Position numbers and translations under genes: made by a program. A stretch of 61,484 nucleotides of DNA, the filler included, from Jimgerdemannia flammicorona (lineage: Eukaryota), in assembly GCA_003990765.1 (NCBI GenBank). It is 2 parts of 2 records of this genome, joined end to end, with 100 filler letters (N's around TTAATTAATTAA, not from the genome) between each part and the next. Parts side by side here need not be neighbours in the genome. Positions count along the whole stretch, not along the records: positions 1 to 30,711 come from RBNJ01000430.1; 1 more part is not named here. The stretch is one strand, 5' to 3'. Below the pieces are notes generated by a model, which searched no databases, was not told where the DNA came from, and worked only from the letters and a program-made list of their open reading frames with translations. Of the stretch, positions 12,776 to 24,930 are shown piece by piece. The first letter of the stretch is position 1. Each line of letters starts with the position of its first letter.

Positions 12776-12895
12776 CTTGTCTTGAATTCTTGCAGGGGTG
12801 ACTCTTGTAGTCAGGGTAGTTTTTGTGGGGATTGTTCATTTTTTAGCTTAAAAGTGAGGGATTCATCTTGAATCACCAGCCAATAGGTACCAAGT

Positions 12896-14447
12896 TGTCA
12901 CATAGTGGTCACTGAGTCCTTCAAATATACCAGATTCTCTTTAAGGTATATCTCTTAGACTAACTCAAGTTTGTTATAAGCAAGTTCTTATTGGAGTGCC
13001 TTCCCAAGGTCTTATAGTCCTCAAACTTCTTATCTTTAACTATCTTGTTATCTCTTAGATTTCTTGCAAGGAAGTGTGTATATTGCACTAAGAGGAACTG
13101 ACTTTATTTCAGAGGAAATAAGAGAGGTATTTATACAAAATACAATTCAATAGTTGCTAAGATATAAAGCTAAATATTAATTCCAATAACTAAAACTACT
13201 AAGTTCCAGGGTCAGTACTGATGGTTGTACAGGTTCAGGATGCTGGCATTATTTAGTGTCACATCAAAATACTGGTGCTGGAACAATTTTGTATCACCTC
13301 AGAATACTAGTACTGGCATTATCCAGTGTTACATGAGGATACCAGTGCTGGCATTATCCAGTGTAATAAAGAACTTAGAGCAGAAAGTTCAGAATCATGG
13401 GGGCTTCATCATCATCATCATCATCATCACTGAAAGAGATGAGATCCATGAATTCATTATGTAGGTCATGCATTTTGCATATGTTATGCAGAATGATGTC
13501 ATCACCAATGACGTCATCATATTTAGCTATGGCAGGGAAATCAGGAACAAGGAGATCTGGAGCTCTCCAGTCTATGAGGTTCTCTTCCACAAAATAGGAA
13601 ACAAATGTGGGGTTTTGGGGAGGTCTAACCTAGATGCTTGGGCCTTGGAATACTGAGATCAATCCTTGCAGAAATTGATCTAGATCTAGGTTGTCTTGGA
13701 GGATAGGGTGCCAGAAGTCTTCTACTTCTTCACTGTTGAGGGTGATAGTGGACTGGGCTTCTGTAGCCACTCTGGCTTCTAGTACATTGATACAGTGAGA
13801 TGACAGGTCTCTGAAGTCTGAGACTCTAACATACTCCAAGTTGGGGATCAACCATGGTGCATGCCTGAAGATCTGATGGATCTTCTTAGCTGTTCTTGTT
13901 TCATATATATCTATGGGAGTGGCATCTTATAGCTCTTGGGTACTGGCCTGTGGGAACTCCCAGCAGAGGAGGTTTCCTATTTTGTACTCCTACCATATTT
14001 GGAGGTATTTAGTAGCAATGGTGATCCTTGTTTCCATTTCACAGTAGTAGAGAATAAAGTGATAAGGGTCTGCAGTACCCAGGTTGACACTAGGAGTCCT
14101 TCTTGAGCAGGTCTCTATGGCTCTTCTGATGTCTTAGAACATCCTTTCCTCAACTGAGATATCTTGGTAATTCCTTAACCTTGAGGTTTGGTGGGTAGCA
14201 GGCATTTCATTTGTGGTAAGTCTTTGAGCTATTTTGGGATTGGTGGTTCTTGTTGGTTACTGCTATTGCAGTTTCTTGATCCTTCTTTTATATTCTTCAG
14301 GATGCTTGTGCTGTAGTTACAATGACACACAGTTGGTCATCATTGCTCATCTTGTATGCTGTATGATCTTCTTATGCTCTGATCTAGTGGCTTGCAAGGA
14401 AAGGCTGTCTCCTGTACTGATGTCATCATTCTAGGATCACCATTACA
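12896..14447 (-). repeat. Family A LTR (shared middle copy)
   Basis: TGTCACATAGTGG...CATTACA, with a PPT on one side and a PBS-like site on the other. Confidence 0.95.
13375..14205 (-). pseudogene. Uncharacterised ~277-codon ORF inside the family A LTR (also 5714-6526 and 20556-21384)
   Basis: MPA..QTSR...MFQDIRR...EAPMILNFLL*. One frame is kept in LTR1 and LTR2 despite an 18-bp net length difference. The stops seen are transition-derived. Confidence 0.75.
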
Positions 14448-14760
14448 TCTTCCTCCTGAATAAGGATCTTCTCAAGTATCCTTATTCATTGGTCCAGTTC
14501 TGAAAAATTTGCTGATCCCATAACCTCTGGCAAGGAGTCGAAAAGTGGTGTTTATGGGCTGACATCTTCTCTTTGTATTTTAGTGTGATGGTGAAGGGTC
14601 ACTCCCTTTATATAGAGCAAGGGCCTGATTCTGATCTTGACCAATCAGTTGATGGTTCGAACTCCTCTGACTTCAAAAGTCTCATAGATAAGTAGTTGCC
14701 AGTACTATATCCTTTAGAGAATGGTCCAGACAGATAGCCTGCTGGTCACGGGACATGCTG

Positions 14761-17700
14761 TTATGATTCATGGACTAGAACCTCACAGGCAGTCATCACA
14801 TTTTGCTTCTCTTGTATAGATTTGTGGTACTTCTTGAGTCTGTTCCTATGTACCATGGTAGGCAGTATGGTCTCTGAGATTTTTCTAAACCAGAAGGTAG
14901 TTCTCTTGATATCTTACACATAGAAGGGTCCTTCCTATTTGGGCTTCAGTTTTCGCAACCATGAGGCTTCTACCATATTTCGATACAGTAGAACCTTTTC
15001 TCCAATTCAGATGGGTTCTAGGGTCTTGTGATTCTTTTCCGCATTCTTCCTTATCAGCACTTGTGACTTAGTGATGTAATCTTCAGCCTTCTTCCTGATT
15101 TGGTATAGTCTCTAGATTTCTGCATCAACCCATCTCCAAGTTAGGTCTAGATTTGTGGCTGAGGTTCCATCAGAATCTTCTTCTCTGAAGAGCAGCTCTC
15201 TTGGGGTAAAGTGTGTGCTCTGTGACTATATGTCTTGTAGAATAGAGAAGGTAGTTGGGAGGTAGTTATCCCAATTCTCATATGTCTCTGAGATCTTTGC
15301 TAGGATGTTCTTGAGGGTCTTATTGGTTCTCTCTGTTTGTCCATTTCCTTGAGGGTGGTACATGGTGGTCTTGATGTGCTGGATCTTGTATTTCTGATAC
15401 ATTACCTCATGGAATCCATTGACAAATTCTGTTCTGCAGTCTGTTGTGATTTGCTTTGGTGTCTTGTAGCAGCAGATGATTTCTCAGTATAGGAAGTCAG
15501 CTATAGAGAGGGCATTGGCTTCTTGTAATGCTCCTGCCTCTATCCATTTAGTGAAGAGGTCTACAATAACTATAATATAGTGGTTTCCTGATAGTGTTAC
15601 TGGTAGTGGTCCAATGATATCTATTGTGATGTGGTGGAAGGAGATAGACTCAATTCTTGATAATCCAGATGCCTGGTCTTGCTGATCTTGTTTCTGTTTT
15701 TGACACTTGTCACACCCTTTGACAAATTGGCACAGGTCTTCTTCCAGCTTGAGCCACCACATGGTTCTTCTTGCCTTGTCATATATGTTGGTTCCTTCTA
15801 AGTGTCCTTGCTCATATACTTCCTTCATTACTTGATACTTCTTGTGTTCAGGTATTACTAGCTTTTCTCTTTTTCTGAGTGTAGTGTTGTCTAATTCAAA
15901 CTGTTTCAAAGTCTGGTTGATGATGGTGATTGTCCAGGGTTTTAGGTGGTTGGGCATCTTCCACTGCCCAAGATAGCTGATTAATCCATAGTATAGCTCC
16001 TTATTCATGTTGAGTAGTCTTGATAGGGGTGTTTCAGGGTATCCTTGAGAGTGTATTGGCATTGGTGTTGATCTTTCCTGAGTGGTGCTTGACAGTACAG
16101 TCATACTCTTGCAGCCTGTAGATCTATCTGGCATATATTCCTTTGGGGTTCAGAGTGTGGAATAGCTAGGCAAAAGTGGAATGATCCATTTGAATAGTGA
16201 AGTGTTTTCTGGCTAGGTAGTAGTGGAACCTGTCTACTGCCCAAACTACCACTAAGCATTCAAGCTTGCATGACTCATAGTTCTGTTCCGCTCTGCTGGT
16301 ACCTTGGCTTGCATAGGAGATGATATATTCATGTCCATCTTTCTTCTGAGCTAGGACTGCTCCAAGTCCTATAGCACTTACATCTGTCTGTAGGATGAAT
16401 TCTAGGTTCCAGTCTGGTCTTCTGAGGATGGGTGCTTGGGTCAACCTGGTCTTGAGTTTATTGAAGGTTTCTTGGTACTCCTAGATCCATTCGAATTTGG
16501 TCTCTTTCTTCAGTAGCTCATAAATAGATGCTGCAATGTTGGAGTATCCTTTGATGAATCTTCTGTAGTAGCTGGACAGTCCAAGGAAGGCATGGACTTC
16601 TGTAGTTGTTCTGGGTCTTGGGTAGGCTGCAACAGCCTTGATCTTCATGGGGTCTGTGTGGATTCCAGTCTGGTTGATGAGGTGTCCTAGGTAGGTGATT
16701 TCTTGAGCTGCAAACTTGCATTTCTTGGGCTTGATGTAGAGGCCATGCTCCTTGAGCCTCTTGAGGGCTAGCTGTATGTAATTGATATATTCCTGTATAG
16801 TATTGCTGAAGATGATCATATCATCAATATAGACAAAGAGCCATTTTCCAATCTTGTTGCTGAAGACTCTGTTCATCATTTGCTGGAAACTTGCTGGGGC
16901 ATTATATATTCCAAATGGCATTTGCAGATAGATATAGGTGGTATCAGGTGTGATGAAGGCTGATTTCTCACTGGCATCTTGAGTGAGACCAATCTGATGG
17001 AAGCCTGAGAACAGATCTAAGGTGGTGTAGTATTTGGCTTTGCTTCCAAGGGTGGTAAGGATTTCTTAAATATTCGGCAAGGGCTGCCTATCCTTCTTGG
17101 TGATGGCATTAAGTTTCCTGTAGTCAATGCAGAGTCTTAGTGCAAACTCTCCAGGCTTGCTTCCTTTCTTCAGGGTAAGGACAATGGGTGAGGCCCAGGG
17201 GCTGATAGCTTGCTTGATGATTCTGGCTTCTTCCATTTTCTGGAGTTCGGCTTGCAGCCACTCTCTGTAGGCAGGTGGTATGGGTCTGGCTTTCTGATAG
17301 ATAGGCTTGGTATCACTAGTGTCAACTTTGTGGTAGTACTTGAGTTCTTGATTATGGATATCCCTAAAGTCTGTAGCAAGTACTTCTTCATTCTGGTACA
17401 GGATCTTGAGAAGTTGTTCCTCTAGGGGAAATTTTTCTCCAATGGTATATGTGTGCTTGTTCTGGTCCTTGTCTTTCTTGTGCTCAAGTTCAGTAATCTT
17501 GGTGGTGGCATAGGCTCCTCTTCCAGTAGATCTAAAGCCTTGTTCTCCTCTCTTGGTCTTGATAAGTTCAGTGGCTTCTATGATCTTGGGCTTCTTGATT
17601 TCGTGGATCAGCATCTGGCCAATCCTGTCATACTTCTTGACTTTGAAGGGGGTGGTGTGGTTGTAATTTCTGACTATGAGAAAAATTTCGCCAGTGTAAT

Positions 17701-20026
17701 CAGAGTCAATTACTCCTCCTTCAACTGAGATTTCGCTTTTGGCCAGACTGCTCCTGGTCTTGATAATTCTGGCATAGTTTTCTGGCAACTTGACTCCAAT
17801 TCCAGTGCCAAGTAGGGTGGTGGTCTGTGGTTCGAGGGTAGCATCTTGGATACTGGCAAGGTCCATTCTTATGGCTCCTTCAGTCTTGTATTCTGGGATC
17901 TTGACTTCAGGGTGAAACTTCTTAACCTTGAGGGTGATATCTGATTCTTATTCCTCCTCATTGTCACTGTCAGCTTGAAGCTCTGGGGGCTGGTCATCTT
18001 CTTCAGCTTTCCTTTTTGCTTCAGCAGCTTCTTACTTATGTTTCTGTTGGTGGACTTTTCTGACTTCACTGATATAGGACCAGCAGTCATTCAGGTGTTT
18101 GGAGTAGTACATTCTAATACCATGGGGGCATCTTCCTTGAGGGGCATACCCATCAATAATCTTGTTATACCACTGCTCATCTGTGAGCTTGGGTGTCTTG
18201 TTCTTGTTCTTGTTCACCGAGTGCATGAAGACCTCTGTATCTTCTTCATCTCCTTCCTCCATGTCTGGCAGGACTCCTTTGTGGACATTGATAGAAACTC
18301 ATATCTTTTTTCTTCTGTAGTTGATCTGCATCTTCTGGGCATTGAGGTCAATAATGGCCTTGGCCTTGTGAAGCCATTGGTTGCCAATGAGGATGTCATA
18401 GTTGGTGGCACTTATAACAATCACATCTACTGAGATGGTAGCTCCTCCTATCTTGATGGGGACTTCTCGGATTTTGCCAAGGGGGGTAGCTTATGTACTG
18501 TCTGCTGTGATATAGACCATCTTGGTGGACTCTTCAATGTCCCAACCTAGGCAGTCAATTGCTTTCTTGCTCATGAGGCATCCTCCAGCACTAGTATCAA
18601 TGATGGCATCAAAGATACAGTCTTCGATCTAGCAGGGGGTATAGGCTGATGTCTTATGCTGGTCTTCGGATTCTTCACCTAAGTTCTCAGATTCTTCTTG
18701 TGCATTGTGAGCTTCTACAATCTTGTACTCTTGATTCTTGGTGGTAGTTGCAAGTCCTACTCTCAACTGCTGTCTGAAGGCAGGGACTTTAGCTAGCTGC
18801 CCAAAAGTGGCATTGACCTTCTGTTCCTTGAGATCCTTGTAGATGTCATACTGGTGGATCTTGGTCTTGCACAGCTTCTGTTCCTTCTTGCTCTTGCTTT
18901 CTCCTGAGACTGAAGTAGTGCCTTCAATAATTTGGTGGGCAGCTTCATCTAACTCCATGTCTTGATCAATCTCCTTGGGTTGGGTCTTGCTTTGAATAGT
19001 GACAGCTAGAGTCTTCTTTGGTCTTCCAACTGGCTTGCTGTTACTCTTCTTGTCATAGGGCTTGGACTGGGTTCTGGTACCTTCAGTAGCAGGGTAGAAT
19101 TCGAGCTCCTCATAGTATTCTTTGTCATCAGTGTCACTGATCTCCTCAATGACTACTGCATTGGTTTGTTCTCTGGTTCTGCTAGCATTGCTTAGTTGGG
19201 CTTTGCATCTTGTTTTGGTCATGCAACTCTTTGCATAGTGGCCTTCTTCTCCACATCTGAAGCATGTAATATTGCATTCTTCTGTAGTAGCTACAAATCT
19301 CTACACTGGTCTCCTGTTAGCACTTCAGACTTCTCTAACAACATCACCGAGGTGTGCAGTTATCTTAGTGAACTACTTGGCAAGTTCTTCCACTGGGTCA
19401 GCTTTGGCTGTCTTGGGGGTAGGTGGGATTGGTTGTCTGTTTATAACTGTGGCAGGTAAGATACTAGTTGGCTTTGATGGCTCCATCTTGATGCCAGTTA
19501 TTTTCTCCATTGAGTGTTCAGCAGAGTGTCTGGCAGTCCAATATCTCTGTACAAAGACCACTTTCTGATCAAGGGTCAGTATAGCTGGGGTAGATCGGAT
19601 TGCTAGGGCAATTTCAGAGTGAACTCCTTTGAGGAAGGTTGAATCTACTATTTGTTCCTTAAGGGTATCATCATAGCCAGCCAAGACAATCTGGTGACAG
19701 ATTCAGGTATAGAATGAGTTGGGATCTTCACTAAGTCCCTGGCAGATAGTATTGAGTTGATCCTTGAGAGCTTGCTTGATCTCTTTGGTATAATATGTTA
19801 TTTTGAGGAAGACCTTCATGTTGGCAAGTTTGACTGCATCAGCACCAGCAATGGTGGCTGTATTAAACTTATCTCTGGCAGGTCCTCTGAGGCTGACTGG
19901 TAGAAGGTCCAATTGAGCATCCACACCAAGGGCTTGTATGGTGGCAAATTGTTCAAAGTTTTCAATGAAGGTCAGGATTGACTCTTCAGTAGTATATCCA
20001 TAGAATGTGAGGGGACATATTTCCAT
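14761..20026 (-). pseudogene. Family A copy 2 gag-pol, many stops
   Basis: Zinc knuckle CFRCGEEGHYAKSC, VYIDD, LQTDVS RNase H, HHCC integrase region, IDIIGPLP. Confidence 0.95.
17525..17925 (-). CDS. dUTPase domain within family A pol (second copy ~9845-10245)
   Basis: Five motifs in order: GAI(R/G)MDL, TRSSLA, GGVIDSDYTGEI, DRIGQM, RGEQGF(G/R)STG. Confidence 0.93.
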
Positions 20027-20121
20027 CTTATCTTGAATTCTTGCAGGGGTGACTCTTGTAGTCAGGGTAGTTATTGTGGGGGTTGTTCGTTTTTCAGCTT
20101 GAAAGTGAGGGATTCATCTTG

Positions 20122-20143
20122 AATCACCAGCCAATGGGCACCA
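20122..20143 (-). promoter_or_regulatory. Primer binding site of family A (TGGTGCCCATTGGCTGG...)
   Basis: TGG 3 nt from the LTR end, with the same site beside the middle LTR. Loosely resembles a tRNA-Gly(GCC) complement with a 2-nt bulge; tRNA identity is uncertain. Confidence 0.6.
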
Positions 20144-20146
20144 AGT

Positions 20147-21626
20147 TGTCATGTAGTGGTCGCTGAGTCCTTCAAATATACCAGATTCTCTTCAAGGTGT
20201 ATCTCTTAGACTAACTCAAGTTTTTTATAAGCAAGTTCTTGTTGGAGTACCTTCCCAAGGTCTTATAGTCCTCAAACTTCTTATCTTTAACTGTCTTGTT
20301 GTCGCTTAGATTGCTTGCAAGGAAGTGTGTAAGTGAAACCAGAACTGACTTTATTTCAGAGGAAATAAGAGGGGTATTTATACAAAATATAATTCAATGG
20401 TTACTAAGATATAAAGCTAAATATAAATTCCAATAACTAAAACTACTAAGTTCCAGGGCTGACATTATTTAGTATCACATCAAAATGCCAGTGCTGGCAT
20501 TATCCAGTATTACATAAGAATACTAGTGCTGGCATTATCCAGTATAACACAGAACTTAGAGCAGAAAGTTCAGGACCATGGGAGCTTCATCCTCATCATC
20601 ATCATCACTAAAGGAGATGAGATTCGCAAATTCATCATTTTCGCGTGCTTTGTTATGCATCTCACATATGTTGATGTTGCATGGGATGACATTATCACTG
20701 ATGACATCATCACATTTGGCTGTGGCAGGAAAATCGGGAATAAGATCTAGAGCTCTCCAGTTCTCTTTCACAAAATAGGAAACAAATGTGGGGTCTTGGG
20801 GAGGTCTAACCTGGATGCTTGGGCCTTGGAATACTGAGATTAATCCTTGCAGGAATTGGTCTGGATTGTCCTGAAGGATAGGGTGCCAGAAGTCTTCTAC
20901 TTCTTCGCTATTGAGAGTGATAGTGAACTGGACTTCTATAGCCACCCTGGCTTCTAGTACATTGATATGGTGGGATGATAGGTCTCTGAAATCTTAGACT
21001 CTAACATACTCCAAGTTGGGGATCGACCATGGTATATGCCTGAAGATCTGATGGATCTTCTTAGCTATCCTTATTTCATGTATATGTATCTATGGGAGTG
21101 GTATCTTATAGCTCTTGGGTGCTGGCCTGTGGGAACTCCCAGCAGAGGAGGTTTTCTATTTCATACTCCTGCCACATTTGGAGGCATTCGGTAGCAATAG
21201 TGATCCTTGTTTCCATTTTATGGTGGTAGAGAATGAAGTAATAAAGGTCTGCAGTACCCAGGTTGACACTAGGAGTCCTTCTTGAGTGGGTTCTCATGAC
21301 TCTTCTGATGTCTTGGAACATCCTTTCCTCGACTGAGATACCTTGGTAATTCCTTGACCTTGAGGTTTGGTGGGCAGCAGGCATTTTATTTGTGGTAAGT
21401 CTTTGAGCTATTTTGAGATTGGTGGTTCTTGTTGGTTGCTGTTACTGCAGTTCCTTGATCCTTCTTTTATATTCTTCAGGATGCTTGTGCTGTGGTCACA
21501 ATGACTCATGGTTGGTCATCATTGCTCATCTTGTATGCCATATGATCTTCTTGTGCTCCAATCTAGTGGCTTGCAAGGAAAGGCTATCTCCTATGCTAAT
21601 GTCATCATTCTGAGGTTACCATTACA
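20147..21626 (-). repeat. Family A LTR (5' copy)
   Basis: TGTCATGTAGTGG...CATTACA. Confidence 0.95.
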
Positions 21627-22779
21627 ATATATAGCTACTACTATAATATTATATATCTCAGAGAGACCTCTTATAAGGACCAGAACCTTGTCTTTATTGC
21701 TGATATACTTTTAAGAAATTCATCTGATTTATCAGATTATTGAAATGCTTAGTATATTTATAAATACTTTTCTTAAGTTTTATTCATAAATTAAATAGTT
21801 GAGATTTAAGATAAAATTAATTTGATGAGAATGCTTTTATATAATAATTATATAGAATCTTCTATACATTATAGACTTTTATAATATATATATATTATAA
21901 GCTTTATTTGCTAGTTTAATAATATAAAAGTAATCTCTCATAATACTCAATAGTTATTTATAATATTATAATCTTGAATCTATACTTATAGTTTTATATA
22001 CTCTATCAATCTATACTTCTTTAGAAGATTACTTATATGAAATATCCAAATGATATAATCCTTATCATCAAAGACTGGGATGGACCTCTTGACTATATTT
22101 ATGCTTACTGTGAGAACTGTGGCTACCATTATATTTATATTAAAAGTATTCATACTAGCTATATTTGATATTTTAGTATAGTATATATATTTAGAAGATT
22201 ATATTATAGCTACTTAGTACTAGTAGAACTCATAACTTTTGTTATAAATATGAAGTAAATATTGAAGAAAAGGAGGAGGAGGAGTATTATTTATTATTTC
22301 AGATAGTATTATAGAGGTATATATCTAAAAATTGATGTATTTTAATAGATGAAATTCTTATATAACTCTACCATTAGCCATTAATAGAAGAAGTCTACTA
22401 TGAGCTACTATATACTTAATAATTAAGTATATAGAAGCTTTTAGTAGACCTTTTCTACAAAGATTACTTAGATATTATAATAGAATTTTCTAGTAAATAG
22501 CAAGAATATATATAAATAATAAGAGGTTGAGAATGACAAAAGTAGTTCTGAAATCTTGAATAAATATATATATATTACCAAGGATTAGATATCCAAGGAA
22601 TATCACATATGATAAGTTACTTTTCAAGATTTCTCAGTAGTCTTCAGATATATTTTTTAGTAAAAATTCTTAGTAAGCTATTCATATATCCCCAATAAAT
22701 TCTTTCTAATAACTGCTTATTTCCATGCTCTATTTATAATTATTTTCTTATCAATAATTTCTGTATAATTTTTATATTG

Positions 22780-24900
22780 ATAGAGATATTGAGGAAATTC
22801 TTCAAAATCAAATATTTGTAAGCAAAACTTACAACTATACCAAGATGTTATAAGGAATACTACTATATTATACTAGTATATATTATAAAAATATCATCTC
22901 ATTTTTCAAAGATCTGGAGATATATATAGTCAATTACTATATCTGTGTTATTAATGAGAAGGTTGAAGTACTCAAGGCCTATCTGTATAATGAGACCTTA
23001 ATAGTGACCAATAGTATGATATCCAGTATGGCTAATCTCTTTAGTTTGGCCACTGGACCTATCTATGAAGCCATCAAAAACTATGTTATCATACATTTTA
23101 CTCAGAATCAAAGTCTTATGGCTCTCAACATTGGCCTTAACAATATTCAAATTAGCCCAGGAGAGAGTTCTGTTATATTCTAGGTCTATATATAGAAGAA
23201 CTATAATCTATATAGTATAACAATATAGGAGTTAAGAGAGCAAGCCTTCTATCAGAGAGCTATGAAGGTTTATGATAGTTAGATATGACAAAATTACCAG
23301 AAAGGCTTCAATGAGATACTCTTAGTAGCCCAGAATGTATAAGAAGACTATACTAAGTAGATGGATATATTCAGACCTACAATTTATACCCCAAAGCTAC
23401 CTCTCTTTATTGCTGACTCTATGTCAATACTAAGAATACTAGTGAACTCTTTGATGGCTTACTTAATAGAGCTCTAGGTAATAATAGCAATAACTAGTAC
23501 TTATATAGTCTAACTAATAGCTATACTAAGCAATGATAACTTAATAGAAATAATCAAGAAGGCTGCCAGCATTACAGTAAGTAATAAGATATAGTAGATT
23601 GATAATAGGTTACAATAGATAGAACAAAAGCATACTCTAGTTGGTATCTTAAAATGCTACAAATATAGAGAAATTGATTATATGACCAGGTTCTATCTTG
23701 CTTATAATTAGAGAGACAACAAAGGTAAAGGTCTTACTACTGGCAGTAATATCATCTCAGTTCAAACAATGTCCACAGCTAACTATATGAGAGATATAAT
23801 GGAGGTTTATCTCATTAAAAAGAATTTCTGCTTCAATCCGATAGCCAAGAGGATATATAGAGTAAAGGTGGTAGCAGCTTTAGCCAGCTAACTAAAAGAA
23901 TCAAATGAGATCAAGGCAGAAGATATTATGATGAAAGAAGAAGTACCATGGAGTAAGTCAGTCACTGAGATATTCTTTCTTCCTGCCCCAAAGAAAAAAA
24001 AGACCCAGGGACCCTGTCAGTAATATAGTATGATCAGTATGATAAATGATATAGAATCTTACTCAATTATGATCTTTTTGGCTAGAATACCTACTGATAT
24101 CACCTATGAATAACTTCTGGCTCTTTTGTCAATTGCTTATAAAGAGTTCTAGCAAGGGTTATAAAGGAAAAAAAAAAAAAAAAAAAAAAAAAAAAGGTTA
24201 TAAAGGAGTATCATTATAGTAGAACCAGCAACTAAACCTGAACTCATTATAGAGCCAGAATCCATAACCTCTATATAGCCTACTATCTCTATAGTAGGTA
24301 CTCCAAAACTGACCATGGCTCTGTATAGTGATATAAGATTAGTAGTATGAAATATGAGATAATCCTCAATACCAAGGCTTTGGAGAACTGCATCCTAGAG
24401 CATATATGTAGCTAAAATAATAAAATGAGCAATCAAATCTACAAACCTAGTAGTAAGTATAGTCAATAGAGCCCTATACTCATGAGATATAGTAGAAGGC
24501 CTAAGGATAAAGGTCAGTACTAAGAAGTACTATTTAAATACTATTATATTTCCAGATATCTCATTGACTACTATTCTGATTAATACAGTCTGGCTGCAAT
24601 CAAAAGACATAAATATCTGCTTGGATACTATATAGTTAGTTCTTAGAGATAGCAATAATATTTTAGTTTGGACTGACACTCAATTAATATGGGTTAAGGA
24701 TATTGATAATAATGATGGTGATAGTAATAATAACTGAGCATATACTATAACTGTAGATATAGGCTCAGATCTTGATAAAGACTAGTTATATAATCTTATA
24801 TTTATGCTAAATTATACTCTATTTGCCAACAGAATAGAAGACTTCAGATACTATACCCTCATTTAGCATAGATGATGTAACTCCAATTTAGTAAAAGATA
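22780..24900 (+). pseudogene. Extremely decayed Ty3/gypsy gag-protease remnant (family D)
   Basis: Decayed zinc knuckle at ~23653 (CYKYREIDYMTRFY, from CxxCxxxGHxxxxC) and ILNTKA (~ILDTGA) at ~24362. Confidence 0.55.
24168..24195 (+). mobile_element. Poly(A)-only retrotransposition insertion
   Basis: A28 flanked by direct repeat GGTTATAAAGG (24157-24167, 24196-24206). Confidence 0.8.
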
Positions 24901-24930
24901 TATATATCAGCTTAGTCTTAGAAAGTAATT

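Larger units (their letters stand above)
4272..21626 (-). mobile_element. Ty3/gypsy family A, tandem LTR-internal-LTR-internal-LTR
   Basis: Three homologous TG...CA(TA) LTRs, two internal gag-PR-dUT-RT-RH-IN regions, flanking ATAT(AT) duplication at 4266-4271 and 21627-21632. Confidence 0.95.
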
